The position numbers and the translations under genes were made by a program. The notes beneath the pieces are model-generated. The model saw nothing but the letters and a program-made list of their open reading frames with translations. It was not told where the DNA came from and made no database searches. From Candidatus Enterousia sp. (lineage in GTDB: Bacteria > Pseudomonadota > Alphaproteobacteria > Rs-D84), in the NCBI GenBank assembly GCA_045646625.1, contig JAZRLB010000004.1, positions 2,323-66,322 of the forward strand: a stretch of DNA of 64,000 nt. Reading direction: 5' to 3'. Positions 40,962-50,555 of this stretch are shown piece by piece; position 1 is the stretch's first letter, and each line of letters begins with the position of its first letter.

Positions 40962-41173
40962 AATTCAAATACTTTGTCACGCGATGTTGCGCCACGAATT
41001 AACTTAATACTGGTCTTTGGGACACCATAGTGCTCGGCCAGCATTTTTATTACATCTGCGGTTGCTTTGCCGTCTGTCGGGGCGGTTGTTGTATGCACGC
41101 GCACACTGCCATCGGGCTGAATTTCAACCCGATTAAGCTTAGCACGCGGAATAACACGGACAGATATTTTCAT
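40958..41173 (-). CDS. DUF167 (YggU-like) small protein
   Basis: 71 aa; ISVRVIPRAK...V.V.....P.DGKAN pattern. Confidence 0.6.
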   Translation of the reverse strand: MKISVRVIPRAKLNRVEIQPDGSVRVHTTTAPTDGKATADVIKMLAEHYGVPKTSIKLIRGATSRDKVFEF

Positions 41174-41175
41174 CT

Positions 41176-41556
41176 TTATGGCTTTATTTCGGCAATAAGT
41201 TCTCGAAAGGCACCAGTTTTTTCGCCCGCAACCAAGTGTAAGTGAAAATGAAATACAGACTGTTTTACAAATGGTGCGTTCGCCCCCGCATTTGCAAGAC
41301 AGTTAAACTCACATTCTATGCCCAATTTGTCAGCAGTTCGAGCAAAGCATTCCCAAAAACCAGCCTGTTCATCAGCAGATGCGTTTTTTGCAAAATCCAG
41401 TATGTTTTGATACGGCCCCTTGGGGATTACCAGAACATGGTTTGAAAACATCGGGTTGATGTCGTGAAAACTCATCGCAAAATCATTCTCGTATACTTTA
41501 TTGGTTGGGATTTCGCCGCGTATCATTTTAGCAAAGACATTATTTGTGTCGTACAT
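41176..41556 (-). CDS. HIT-family hydrolase
   Basis: Histidine triad HFHLHLV. Confidence 0.8.
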   Translation of the reverse strand: MYDTNNVFAKMIRGEIPTNKVYENDFAMSFHDINPMFSNHVLVIPKGPYQNILDFAKNASADEQAGFWECFARTADKLGIECEFNCLANAGANAPFVKQSVFHFHLHLVAGEKTGAFRELIAEIKP

Positions 41557-41604
41557 TGTTTTGATTCCTTTTGATTTTCAATAAACAGAATATTAAAATA
41601 TGGA

Positions 41605-41632
41605 CTTGAAATCAATCATTTTTAACCTATAT
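41605..41632 (+). promoter_or_regulatory. candidate sigma-32-type heat-shock promoter for groES-groEL
   Basis: CTTGAAA - 14 nt - CCTATAT about 35 nt upstream of groES start; no CIRCE inverted repeat seen. Confidence 0.45.
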
Positions 41633-41667
41633 GAACCGTACACCGGTTTATCAAAGGAGATTTTATT

Positions 41668-41955
41668 ATGTTTAAACCATTACACAATTACGTTCTGCTG
41701 GAAAGAATCGAAGAAGAAACAAAAACCGCCGGCGGAATTATTATACCTGATAATGCACGTGAAAAACCATCCCGCGGCCGCGTAATTGCAGTGGGCGCAG
41801 GCTTGTATGACGGCGACGAATTGATTCCAATGACCGTCAAAGAAAATGATACAGTTTTATTCGCAAAATGGGCGGCGTCTGCAAATGAAATCAAATTAGA
41901 TGGTCGTGACTATGTGTTAATCAAGGAAACAGATATTCTGGGAATTATTAAATAA
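41668..41955 (+). CDS. groES: co-chaperonin GroES
   Basis: 95 aa; mobile loop GGIIIPD. Confidence 0.95.
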   Translation: MFKPLHNYVLLERIEEETKTAGGIIIPDNAREKPSRGRVIAVGAGLYDGDELIPMTVKENDTVLFAKWAASANEIKLDGRDYVLIKETDILGIIK

Positions 41956-41966
41956 GGATACAAACA

Positions 41967-43586
41967 ATGGCAAAAGATATTATTTTTGACACAGATAAAA
42001 TGGCAGCTGGCGTTGACAAGTTGGCAAATGCAGTAAAAATCACTATGGGCCCCAAGGGACGCACAGTTGTTATTGAAAAATCCTATGGCGCGCCCGTCGC
42101 AACCAAAGACGGCGTGACCGTGGCCAAGGCTGTGTCGCTGAAAGACCCCGCAGAAAATATTGGCGCACGTATGGTACAAGAAGTTGCAAAAAAAGCAGGT
42201 GACGATGCCGGCGACGGCACAACAACAGCGACCGTGTTGGCACAAAAATTGATACGCGAAGGCCGTCGCGTGATTGCCGCGGGAATGAATCCAATGGATG
42301 TAAAACGCGGAATCGATTTGGCAACATCAGCCGTTATCGCGGACATTGAAAAACACGCACGTCCAGTCAAAGACAGCGCTGAAATCGCCCAGGTTGCAAC
42401 CATTTCAGCGAATTCTGATTCCGATATTGGCACAAAAATTGCCGATGCTATGGAACGCGTTGGCAAAGAAGGTGTGATTACAGTCGAAGAAGCAAAAGGT
42501 CTGGATACAGAAATTGATGTTGTTGAAGGCATGCAATTCGACCAAGGCTTTATGTCGCCATATTTTGTCACAAACAGCGAAAAGATGCTGGCTGAACTGG
42601 ATGGCGCCCAGATTTTGGTTTCTGAAAAGAAAATTACAGGCTTACAAGCACTGTTGCCAATTCTGGAACCGATTGCACAATCGGGCAAGCCATTATTGAT
42701 TATTGCCGAAGATGTTGAATCCGAAGCGTTGGCAACACTGGTCCTAAACCGTTTGCGTGGTGGCCTGAAGGTATGCGCCGTCAAAGCGCCAGGATATGGC
42801 GATAGACGCAAGGAAATGTTAAAAGACATCGCAATTCTGACGGGCGCAACAGTTATTTCTGATGATATGGGTATGACATTTGAAAACATTTCGCCTGTTG
42901 TTCTGGGGGCTGCAAAAAAGGTCGTTGTATCTAAGGATTCTACACTGTTGGCGCACGGCGCAGGTGACAAATCCGCCATCGCAGCACGCGCAGACGAAAT
43001 TCGCAATGCAATTGCGAACTCGACCAGTGATTACGACCGCGAAAAATTATCCGAACGATTGGCCAAAATGGTTGGCGGTGTTGCTGTTATCAAGGTCGGC
43101 GGTATGACCGAAGTTGAAGTAAAAGAAAAGAAAGACCGTGTGGATGACGCGTTGGCTGCAACACGTGCAGCCGTCGCAGAAGGCATTGTGGCGGGTGGTG
43201 GTATCGCCTTGGTGCGCGCGGCGTCTGCGTTGACAGACCTGCACGGTGCAAATTCAGACCAAGATGTCGGCATTGATATTGTTCGTCGTGCAATTATTGC
43301 ACCATGTGCACAGATTGCAGAAAACGCAGGAAAATCAGGCGAAATCGTTGTTGGCAAAGTTATGGAATCGTCTGATTATAATTTTGGTTATAATGCACAG
43401 ACAGACGAATATGTCGATATGATGGCAGCAGGTATTATTGACCCCGCCAAGGTAGTTAAGACAGCCATCGCTGCAGCCGCTTCGACCGCGGGCGTTATGC
43501 TGACTACGGGGGCAGTTATGACGGAAATCCCCGAAGAAAAATCTGCTGCACCACAAATGCCCGGTGGTATGCCAGGAATGATGTAA
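41967..43586 (+). CDS. groEL: chaperonin GroEL
   Basis: 539 aa; [23 protein letters not shown]-terminal GGM repeats. Confidence 0.97.
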   Translation: MAKDIIFDTDKMAAGVDKLANAVKITMGPKGRTVVIEKSYGAPVATKDGVTVAKAVSLKDPAENIGARMVQEVAKKAGDDAGDGTTTATVLAQKLIREGRRVIAAGMNPMDVKRGIDLATSAVIADIEKHARPVKDSAEIAQVATISANSDSDIGTKIADAMERVGKEGVITVEEAKGLDTEIDVVEGMQFDQGFMSPYFVTNSEKMLAELDGAQILVSEKKITGLQALLPILEPIAQSGKPLLIIAEDVESEALATLVLNRLRGGLKVCAVKAPGYGDRRKEMLKDIAILTGATVISDDMGMTFENISPVVLGAAKKVVVSKDSTLLAHGAGDKSAIAARADEIRNAIANSTSDYDREKLSERLAKMVGGVAVIKVGGMTEVEVKEKKDRVDDALAATRAAVAEGIVAGGGIALVRAASALTDLHGANSDQDVGIDIVRRAIIAPCAQIAENAGKSGEIVVGKVMESSDYNFGYNAQTDEYVDMMAAGIIDPAKVVKTAIAAAASTAGVMLTTGAVMTEIPEEKSAAPQMPGGMPGMM

Positions 43587-43619
43587 AAAAAATCCCCCAC
43601 AATCAGGGGGATTTTTTTT
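43585..43619. terminator. intrinsic terminator after groEL
   Basis: aaaaaaaatcccccacaatcagggggatttttttt. Confidence 0.7.
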
Positions 43620-43699
43620 AATAGATATAAAATATTTTTCCTTTACATCTTTTTTTTATTTGAATACAATCAAAACGTCAACAAATAAAGGAAGGGCAA

Positions 43700-44227
43700 A
43701 TGGCAGACAAAACAACAAAAAAAACAACAGTTAAAAAGACTGCAACTAAACCTGCAGCTACAAAGAAACCTACTGTAAAAAAAACAACAGCAAAAAAAGC
43801 ACCTGTAAAAAAAATGACGGCGCCTGTTGAAGATAAATTCCCATGTGGCTGTGACAAGGGCTGCGCTTGTGGCGGCGATTGCGTATGCGCAAAAAAGAAA
43901 TGTACATTCGGCCGCTTTTTGAAAAAATTAATTTTGGTTTTGATTATTTTTGCATTGGGATTTGCATCCGCCAAAATGTGCTGCTGTCACAAGCGTGCAA
44001 AAATGGGTCCACGTCCAATGTTTGAAAACGGATGCCTGGTCGTAAAATGCGAAAAGATGGCTGAAAAAGTTGCTGCGATGGACACAAATGCAGACGGATG
44101 CGTCACACGCGAAGAATTCAAAGCGGCGCGCAAACATATGAAGCGTGCACCACAAGAAGTTGCAGAACAGCCTGTGGCCGCAGAATCAGCGCCAGAGATG
44201 CCGGAAACACCGGAAATGGATGACTAG
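43700..44227 (+). CDS. hypothetical small membrane protein: Lys/Thr-rich histone-H1-like N-tail, Cys-cluster, TM helix, EF-hand, acidic C-tail
   Basis: KKTTVKKTATKPAATKKPTVKK; CGCDKGCACGGDCVCAKKKC; LILVLIIFALGFASA; DTNADGCVTREE (canonical EF-hand loop). Confidence 0.5.
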   Translation: MADKTTKKTTVKKTATKPAATKKPTVKKTTAKKAPVKKMTAPVEDKFPCGCDKGCACGGDCVCAKKKCTFGRFLKKLILVLIIFALGFASAKMCCCHKRAKMGPRPMFENGCLVVKCEKMAEKVAAMDTNADGCVTREEFKAARKHMKRAPQEVAEQPVAAESAPEMPETPEMDD

Positions 44228-44240
44228 TTCAGGTTTTATT

Positions 44241-44269
44241 GGGGCCACAAATGCGGCCCCTTTTGTTTT
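44241..44269 (+). terminator. intrinsic terminator
   Basis: ggggccacaaatgcggcccc + ttttgtttt. Confidence 0.7.
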
Positions 44270-44341
44270 GCGGCGAATTTTCTTATTTATTATTGAAATT
44301 TATCGTTTATAATTAATCCAAGAAAACCAAAGGAGGAATAT

Positions 44342-44779
44342 ATGAAATTCAGATTATTAGCAGCCGGTGTATGCGTACTGACGTTGGCAGCCTGTGGTGA
44401 TAATGCCCAGAATCCTGAACTGTTAAAAGGTGCGAGTTTTGTTTCTGCGCAACCGGGCGTTGATATCACACTGTCGTTCGATCCGGTTGAAATGCGCGTA
44501 TACGGTGGCGTTGTTAATCGTTATAACGGCGGATATACCGCGGATGGCAACAACATTAAATTCGAAGGTTTTGCATCAACTATGATGATGGGTGATGCCG
44601 AAGCAATGGAAACAGAACAAGAATACTTTGAATTTATGCCAACAGTCGAAACATATGTATTGGACGAAGGCAAACTGACACTGATTTCAGGTGATGGCAA
44701 AGAAATAATCTTTACCCAAATCGAAGTAGAACCAGCAGAAACAGCCGCGTCAGCGACCCCAGAAACAGTTTCTGAATAA
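44342..44779 (+). CDS. lipoprotein with META/HslJ-like domain
   Basis: Lipobox LAAC; NRYNGGYTADGNNIKF..STMMMG pattern of HslJ-like META domain. Confidence 0.55.
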   Translation: MKFRLLAAGVCVLTLAACGDNAQNPELLKGASFVSAQPGVDITLSFDPVEMRVYGGVVNRYNGGYTADGNNIKFEGFASTMMMGDAEAMETEQEYFEFMPTVETYVLDEGKLTLISGDGKEIIFTQIEVEPAETAASATPETVSE

Positions 44780-44856
44780 ATTCATTCATATTCACTTGAC
44801 AATCGTTAAAAGAATATGTATAATTTGGCGGCGTTCGATAAGAACACGGCAGTTTT

Positions 44857-44932
44857 GGCCCCATCGTCTAGAGGCCTAGGACACCGCCCTTTCAAGGCGA
44901 GAACACCGGTTCGAATCCGGTTGGGGCTGCCA
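44857..44932 (+). tRNA. tRNA-Glu (anticodon UUC)
   Basis: GGCCCCATCGTCTAGAGGCCTAGGACACCGCCCTTTCAAGGCG...GGTTCGAATCCGG...CCA; anticodon loop CTTTCAA. Confidence 0.9.
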
Positions 44933-44940
44933 AAATAAAC

Positions 44941-44970
44941 AAATCGGGTTTTATACCCGATTTTTCTTTG
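44941..44970 (+). terminator. intrinsic terminator after tRNA-Glu
   Basis: aaatcgggttttatacccgattt + ttctttgtttt. Confidence 0.6.
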
Positions 44971-45055
44971 TTTTCCAATACTTTCAGCGGTTCGTAAGTC
45001 GGGTGTTAAAAATCACCACGATTTCGCACATTTACGAACTTTTCATGAAAATACT

Positions 45056-46819
45056 TTATACACCGTGCTGTTCTCCTGAACTATCAATATCTTTGGTAAT
45101 AATTATTTTAGAAACAGCGTTTGTTCCTTTTTTAATTTTTCTAGTCTTAGTTTCTATCAACTCTTTTTTGTATTCTTTAAACCAAGCCTGTAATTCACTT
45201 ACCGAATCAAAATATCTGCCAGACTCACTCGGAAAATATTCTCGCGCTTTTGGCAACCCTTCCAATGACTCTAAGTTTTCTGCACAGAAAGAGAAAAGAC
45301 CTCCTATTTCTTTTGGCGCCCCCTTCAAAGATTTTAATTTATTTCCTTCGGAGCACAAAAAATTTCTCCCAACCCTTCTTGGGCTCCCATATAATGTAAT
45401 CAACTGATTACCTCTACATATAAAATCATCCGCAACCTCCTCCGGTCCACCACTTAGGCTTGTCAATTTATTATGTTCACAACCAAAGGTACCGTTGATT
45501 ATTTTTGGCGCCCCTTTCAATGTGGTTAATTCATTAAAATCACAATAAAAAGACCTTCCAACATATTCTGGCGCACCGTGTAGCGATGTTAATTTATTAC
45601 CGCGTATATAAAAATATCCATCAACTAATTTTGGGAACCCTTCTAAAGACTCTAACACCCCATCAATAATCCTAATATCACCCGTAATTTTTAATTTGGA
45701 TATATTTGGAAAATGCGAAATCTCAATCTTTTGAAAACAGATTGCTGGAATTTCTGTGCCAGATGCCAAATCTACTATATTTTTTATATTACCATCGTTG
45801 TCTATAACGTACAACTGCCCACTTCTGCAAAATACAACTCCCGCATCCATAGGATCAAAGGTTTTGTTTTCATCAAATCTTTTTTGCGGGATTAAGGACA
45901 ATTTTTTCTGACGAATAAAATAATTTTTCGTCATCCCAAAAGCATCATCAAATTCACGAGACAGTGTTGCCATGTTATTTTTATATCTACATGTTCTAGG
46001 GGAAATGGATTTTTGCAAATTCCATGGCAGCCCTTTACGAGATACAAAATTTATACAATGCGGATAAGTTTCATATTCTTTACCATATAACAAGATAGGT
46101 TTATTTCCTAATTTCATTATAAAAATATCATTGTCTGTACGTATCGATTCATCGTGATATTTATCCGAAAGATCTAATGGAAAAAAAGATACCTCTATAC
46201 CATTTAACACGCTTCTAAAACAATATTTACCGATATCTCCTGGCATATCAAACCACCACCAAAGCCCCGCAGAGGCATCAACATATCTAATTCTTATATT
46301 AAAATATTCATAAAATCGTTTTCTAAAAACATATCCCTGGTCAGCATATACTTTTTCCTCGTCATAAACTGATTGCCCTGCTTCATCGTCCCACAAAAAT
46401 AAGCATCTTAAAAAAATACTTGTTTTGATACAATAATTGAACAATGTCAGCGCATCCTGCTTTGTTAACGAAACATCTGGTTTGTTAAAATTGTTCACAA
46501 TTCTGCTGATGTTTTTTTCTAACTCAATCGAACTTCTGTCATTGCAATCTTTATGAACAGCAACCATAAATTCAGATTCTATTTTTGAAAAGACCTTCTT
46601 TTCGCCCGTAGCACTTTTCGCAGCAAACCTGGAGTAAATATGTTCAAAATTTACACTACCGTTTTTAATATCTTCTTCAGTGTACGAGTTGCCACAAAAA
46701 GGACACGTGCCATATACGCCATCGGAAATACCGACACGATAGCCCTTTGCATTCCCTTTTTCATCACGATACAATTCTGGTTTTTTATTTTTCATAATTA
46801 GTACTATATCATAAAACAC
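45056..46819 (-). CDS. hypothetical 587-aa protein: N-terminal HNH-like zinc-finger motif, central region, C-terminal about seven 22-residue LxSLxGAPxxVxGxFxCxxNxL repeats
   Basis: GTCPFCGNSYTEEDIKNGSVNFEHI; repeats KLTSLHGAPEYVGRSFYCDFNE / LTTLKGAPKIINGTFGCEHNK / LTSLSGGPEEVADDFICRGNQ etc.; AT-rich coding sequence. Confidence 0.6.
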   Translation of the reverse strand: MFYDIVLIMKNKKPELYRDEKGNAKGYRVGISDGVYGTCPFCGNSYTEEDIKNGSVNFEHIYSRFAAKSATGEKKVFSKIESEFMVAVHKDCNDRSSIELEKNISRIVNNFNKPDVSLTKQDALTLFNYCIKTSIFLRCLFLWDDEAGQSVYDEEKVYADQGYVFRKRFYEYFNIRIRYVDASAGLWWWFDMPGDIGKYCFRSVLNGIEVSFFPLDLSDKYHDESIRTDNDIFIMKLGNKPILLYGKEYETYPHCINFVSRKGLPWNLQKSISPRTCRYKNNMATLSREFDDAFGMTKNYFIRQKKLSLIPQKRFDENKTFDPMDAGVVFCRSGQLYVIDNDGNIKNIVDLASGTEIPAICFQKIEISHFPNISKLKITGDIRIIDGVLESLEGFPKLVDGYFYIRGNKLTSLHGAPEYVGRSFYCDFNELTTLKGAPKIINGTFGCEHNKLTSLSGGPEEVADDFICRGNQLITLYGSPRRVGRNFLCSEGNKLKSLKGAPKEIGGLFSFCAENLESLEGLPKAREYFPSESGRYFDSVSELQAWFKEYKKELIETKTRKIKKGTNAVSKIIITKDIDSSGEQHGV

Positions 46820-46931
46820 CTAAAAAATCTTTTACTTCTTTCCCAAATAACAATAAATCGCGGATAAAAGCTGTTAGTGGATTGCACCAGTCGCCTGCCT
46901 CAAAAAAAATCAAAACCACCAACAGGTGACT

Positions 46932-47684
46932 TTATTCCGATATTTTATTGCCACGGTCATCATAGTCCAGATAATTCCATTTTTTATCTTCGGCCACAGT
47001 AGCAAAACAACAATATAATTCTGGATCACAATTTTCAGAATATGTCCGACCCGCACAAAACTCGCTGGGCCCCAAACAAAATTCCCGGGCAAAATCCCTG
47101 GGGTAGCCGGCTGCAACCTTAGTTTCCACGCATTCCCTGGCGATTTCAAGCCGCAAACTATCCTCGTCTGGCATAGAAGAAAAAACAAACATTCCCAGCA
47201 AAATTAACCCGCACCATACGCAAGCAATAACAAATGAGATTTTTGATAAAATGTCGGAACATGTATTTTTTCTTGCCCTTGTATTCCTGGTAGTTTTTAT
47301 AAGGCAGATAACTGATACAATTATTAATATTATGTCTATAACATCTATTAATCTGGGGAAATTATCATAGAATACACCTAGCCCCTGTAATGACCAGTAC
47401 AAGCCAACGCCACACAAGAATATAAGCACAATATACGGCAACCTGTAATCACGGCATATCAACCTTGCAATTGCAAAAATCGGCAATACAAGAAAAAAAC
47501 CAATCGTCAAAAACGTCAGCCATCTGGTTCCTGAATCACACACAGAAAATACAGCAAGACAAACGCCCAGCCCAAACAAAAGGCCGGCTAATATATACTT
47601 AACCCATTCATACCAGCCCCACAATTTGATGTGCGCAACTAATTGCTTAAAGTATTTTTTGATAAACATAATTTCATCCTGCAC
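46932..47684 (-). CDS. hypothetical membrane protein with Cys-rich C-terminal domain
   Basis: 4-5 TM helices then CVETKVAAGYPRDFAREFCLGPSEFCAGRTYSENCDPELYCC. Confidence 0.45.
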   Translation of the reverse strand: MQDEIMFIKKYFKQLVAHIKLWGWYEWVKYILAGLLFGLGVCLAVFSVCDSGTRWLTFLTIGFFLVLPIFAIARLICRDYRLPYIVLIFLCGVGLYWSLQGLGVFYDNFPRLIDVIDIILIIVSVICLIKTTRNTRARKNTCSDILSKISFVIACVWCGLILLGMFVFSSMPDEDSLRLEIARECVETKVAAGYPRDFAREFCLGPSEFCAGRTYSENCDPELYCCFATVAEDKKWNYLDYDDRGNKISE

Positions 47685-47728
47685 GCTTTTTAGATTTGTA
47701 AATCTTTGACATACCCCGCCCGACGCAC

Positions 47729-47758
47729 AAAAAAATCCCCTGTACAGGGGGATTTTTT
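47729..47758. terminator. bidirectional intrinsic terminator
   Basis: aaaaaaatcccctgtacagggggatttttt. Confidence 0.7.
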
Positions 47759-47759
47759 A

Positions 47760-49001
47760 TTATTTTGAAAAGCTGTAATCCATTTCCAGATGATTTGGAT
47801 TGTATGTGCCATTCATAATCGCCAATGTATCTTCGACGATTACCAATTCTTCGTTTGTGGCAATCATCAAGATTTTCACACGGCTGTCATCTGTGCTGAT
47901 AACGGCACTGTCAACACCTTTGCGTGCCAGGGCCGCTGCGTTCTTTTCTTTGTCCAGTTTTATACCCAATTCTTCCAGGCCGGAACAGAACTTTTCACGC
48001 AGATAATCGTCGTTTTCACCAACGCCCGCTGTGAACACCAACGCGTCAACGTGACCCAATTCAGCCATAAATGCACCGATGTATTTTTTTACATTGTGAG
48101 CCTCCATTTCAATGGCCAGACGGCACAGGTCATTTGTATCTTTGTTGCCTTCGACGTCACGACGGTCGGCAAAGCATTCCGTAATACCCATAAGACCAGA
48201 ATCTTTGTTCAAATGTTTTTGCATCTGATCTGGGGTCAATCCCAAACGCTGCATCACGTACAAGACAACACCTGGATCCAAATCGCCTGGACGTGTGCCC
48301 ATAGTCAGCCCCGCCAATGGTGTCATACCCAAAGAGGTATCAACAGAAACACCGTTGCGAATTGCGGTTGCAGATGCGCCAGAACCGATATGCAATGTAA
48401 TCAGATTGCATTCGTTCGCAGGCTTGCCCAATAATTTTGCAGCAACCTTGGAAACGTACAGGTGGCTGGTTCCGTGGAAGCCATAGCGACGTACGCCCAG
48501 TTCAGAATACCACGCACGAGGCACCGCATAGCGATACGCATAATCTGGCATAGTCTGGTGGAACGCAGTATCAAATACTGCAACCTGGGTCGCGTTTGGC
48601 AACAACTGTTGCGCAGCAACAATGCCGACCAATGCAGCTGGATTGTGCAATGGTGCAATTTGAGACAATTCGTCAATCGTCTTGATAACTTCATCGTTGA
48701 TTTCAACAGATGATGCAAACTTTTCACCACCCAATACGACACGGTGGCCGACACCCTTGATCTCGTTCATATCGACGGACGCTTCACGCAGCATAAACAT
48801 AACAACGTTCAAAGCCTCGTTATGATTTTGCATACTGCATTCTTTCTTTTGCTTTGTGCCGTCTGGATATTTTTGGGTGACAAAAGAATCCGGCAAACCA
48901 ATCTTTTCAACGTTTCCACCAACAATGGCGGTTTTGGAATCTGCGTCGAACACCTGATACTTCAGGGACGAGGAACCACAATTCAGTGCAAGTATGTACA
49001 T
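47760..49001 (-). CDS. ackA: acetate kinase
   Basis: Start at MYILALNCGSSSLKYQ (ATG 49001); acetate/propionate kinase family. Confidence 0.9.
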   Translation of the reverse strand: MYILALNCGSSSLKYQVFDADSKTAIVGGNVEKIGLPDSFVTQKYPDGTKQKKECSMQNHNEALNVVMFMLREASVDMNEIKGVGHRVVLGGEKFASSVEINDEVIKTIDELSQIAPLHNPAALVGIVAAQQLLPNATQVAVFDTAFHQTMPDYAYRYAVPRAWYSELGVRRYGFHGTSHLYVSKVAAKLLGKPANECNLITLHIGSGASATAIRNGVSVDTSLGMTPLAGLTMGTRPGDLDPGVVLYVMQRLGLTPDQMQKHLNKDSGLMGITECFADRRDVEGNKDTNDLCRLAIEMEAHNVKKYIGAFMAELGHVDALVFTAGVGENDDYLREKFCSGLEELGIKLDKEKNAAALARKGVDSAVISTDDSRVKILMIATNEELVIVEDTLAIMNGTYNPNHLEMDYSFSK

Positions 49002-49056
49002 ATGAAATCCTTTTTTTCTTCTTCGGCGCACAGCATAGCAATGTTTTTTATACCTT

Positions 49057-49629
49057 TCAACAATAAACGTGGAATAAAACACACCAATTTGCATCCGTCA
49101 GTTCCGTTTTGGTGCCCATATCACGGTGACAAGCCCAGTATTTTTGCGCCCCAACCATCAGACGGATATTAAGGCCGTTTTTATCAACAAAGCAATTTAT
49201 GCGCGGGCAATCATATTCCCCAACCCCAAACGCCCAAACCACATCACCGGCGACATAGCCGGCTTCGTCATTCTGACAAATAAGCGCGGCACGTACAAAA
49301 TGGGGCATTTGTTCACCACCAAACACATAATTTAGGTGTGCAGTTTTTGAATTTATGGGAACAGGCATAGTTTCGGTCACAGTAAATGGCGTGGGCGCGT
49401 GTTTAGCAAATAAATCAGACCACATTTCATCAGGAACCGCTGTTATATCAAATGTTCCGGTGTTGGTTGCCGCATCATCCGCGCGACGCAGTGCAAACCC
49501 GCCCAGCGTTTCGCCATCGTGAATGCGCAAAGTTTTTGCATCAATATCCATTGTTATTTCACCAGGCAGTCCGGTAAAATCGTTGTTTTGTGCGGCGGTG
49601 CCGCGTCTTATTTGAAGTACACGTGTCAT
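49057..49629 (-). CDS. hypothetical protein with phage tail-fibre-type N-terminal motif
   Basis: Start MTRVLQIRRGTAAQNNDFTGLPGEITMDIDAKTLRIHDGETLGG resembles the conserved N-terminus of phage/GTA tail fibre proteins; AAGGA SD upstream. Confidence 0.5.
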   Translation of the reverse strand: MTRVLQIRRGTAAQNNDFTGLPGEITMDIDAKTLRIHDGETLGGFALRRADDAATNTGTFDITAVPDEMWSDLFAKHAPTPFTVTETMPVPINSKTAHLNYVFGGEQMPHFVRAALICQNDEAGYVAGDVVWAFGVGEYDCPRINCFVDKNGLNIRLMVGAQKYWACHRDMGTKTELTDANWCVLFHVYC

Positions 49630-49650
49630 AAGTAATCCTTTTTTCATGAA

Positions 49651-49677
49651 AATAAAAAGCCCGCCAGTTGGCGGGGC
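49651..49677 (-). terminator. intrinsic terminator for gene ending at 49750
   Basis: cccgcc-agtt-ggcggg hairpin followed by T-run on minus strand. Confidence 0.55.
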
Positions 49678-49749
49678 AAAAAAACAAACGCCATCGTTCC
49701 CGATGACGCATGTGTGTATTATAGCATAAATTAACAAAAAAATCAAGTA

Positions 49750-50481
49750 TTAGCGTATAATTTGCGCTGTACGATTTATCAGCGTTTGTCGAACAGTTTG
49801 TTGTCGGCCACCACACATCGGCCAAGCAGTGCATGACACATCGCATATCGTGCCATTTGCAGTGACCGTCAGATTCCGGATAAGCGTGCTGTACATCCTG
49901 ACTGGGGCAAGTATGCGATTTACATCCCGTATATCCTCGTCCCTTTGTTTATTCCACCATTTAAGATTTGTTTCATTGCGATACTCCAGAGAGTACCTGG
50001 CTTTACGTTCCTCTTCTTCCATGGTTTCCTTTATAAATTCTTTGGAGTATGGTTCCAATTTGTGCACCTCTCCCTGTAATACACGCAGTTGTTCGTATAT
50101 ATGCTTGTACTTTTCATAATGTCTGGCAAGGTCAGCTTCCTTGGATGAGAAAGAAAAAATCCAAGAAAGTTTTTCATAGCCTTCTGCATCTTCTAGCAAC
50201 GCGCCCTTGATAAGAATAGAACGGTGCCGTTTTTTAAAATCTTCCAGGCGTTGTTTCGCGACAACATACAAAGGTTCCGTTTGTATGTGTTTTGTTCGCA
50301 AATCATTTCGCAAACGGGCAAGTTCGGCACTAACGTTTACTTCGCCTGAATATTTTTGTTGATAGATATTCTGTAATTTGGATATCGCCTGGGAATATTT
50401 TACATATTCGGAATAAGAAATCTCTTTGAAGACGAAAGTGCCAAGATTGCCAACCGCATAAGGAATGCGAATAGTAGTCAT
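49750..50481 (-). CDS. hypothetical protein (about 243 aa, helical, Glu/Lys-rich centre)
   Basis: ORF with probable start MTTIRIPYAVG; no family recognised. Confidence 0.45.
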   Translation of the reverse strand: MTTIRIPYAVGNLGTFVFKEISYSEYVKYSQAISKLQNIYQQKYSGEVNVSAELARLRNDLRTKHIQTEPLYVVAKQRLEDFKKRHRSILIKGALLEDAEGYEKLSWIFSFSSKEADLARHYEKYKHIYEQLRVLQGEVHKLEPYSKEFIKETMEEEERKARYSLEYRNETNLKWWNKQRDEDIRDVNRILAPVRMYSTLIRNLTVTANGTICDVSCTAWPMCGGRQQTVRQTLINRTAQIIR

Positions 50482-50555
50482 AATCAACCCCTTTTGGGGA
50501 TTATTACACACGGCATCCAATTGTCAACAGATTTAGCGCACAACGGCCCAGCATC

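Noticed and set aside
41557-41667. CIRCE (HrcA operator) upstream of groES
   Set aside because: The characteristic TTAGCACTC-N9-GAGTGCTAA inverted repeat is absent; only a sigma-32-like motif is present.
42083-43006. 307-aa ORF antisense to groEL
   Set aside because: Fully embedded in antisense of a highly conserved gene, Ala/Ser-rich low-complexity translation typical of antisense GC-rich frames.
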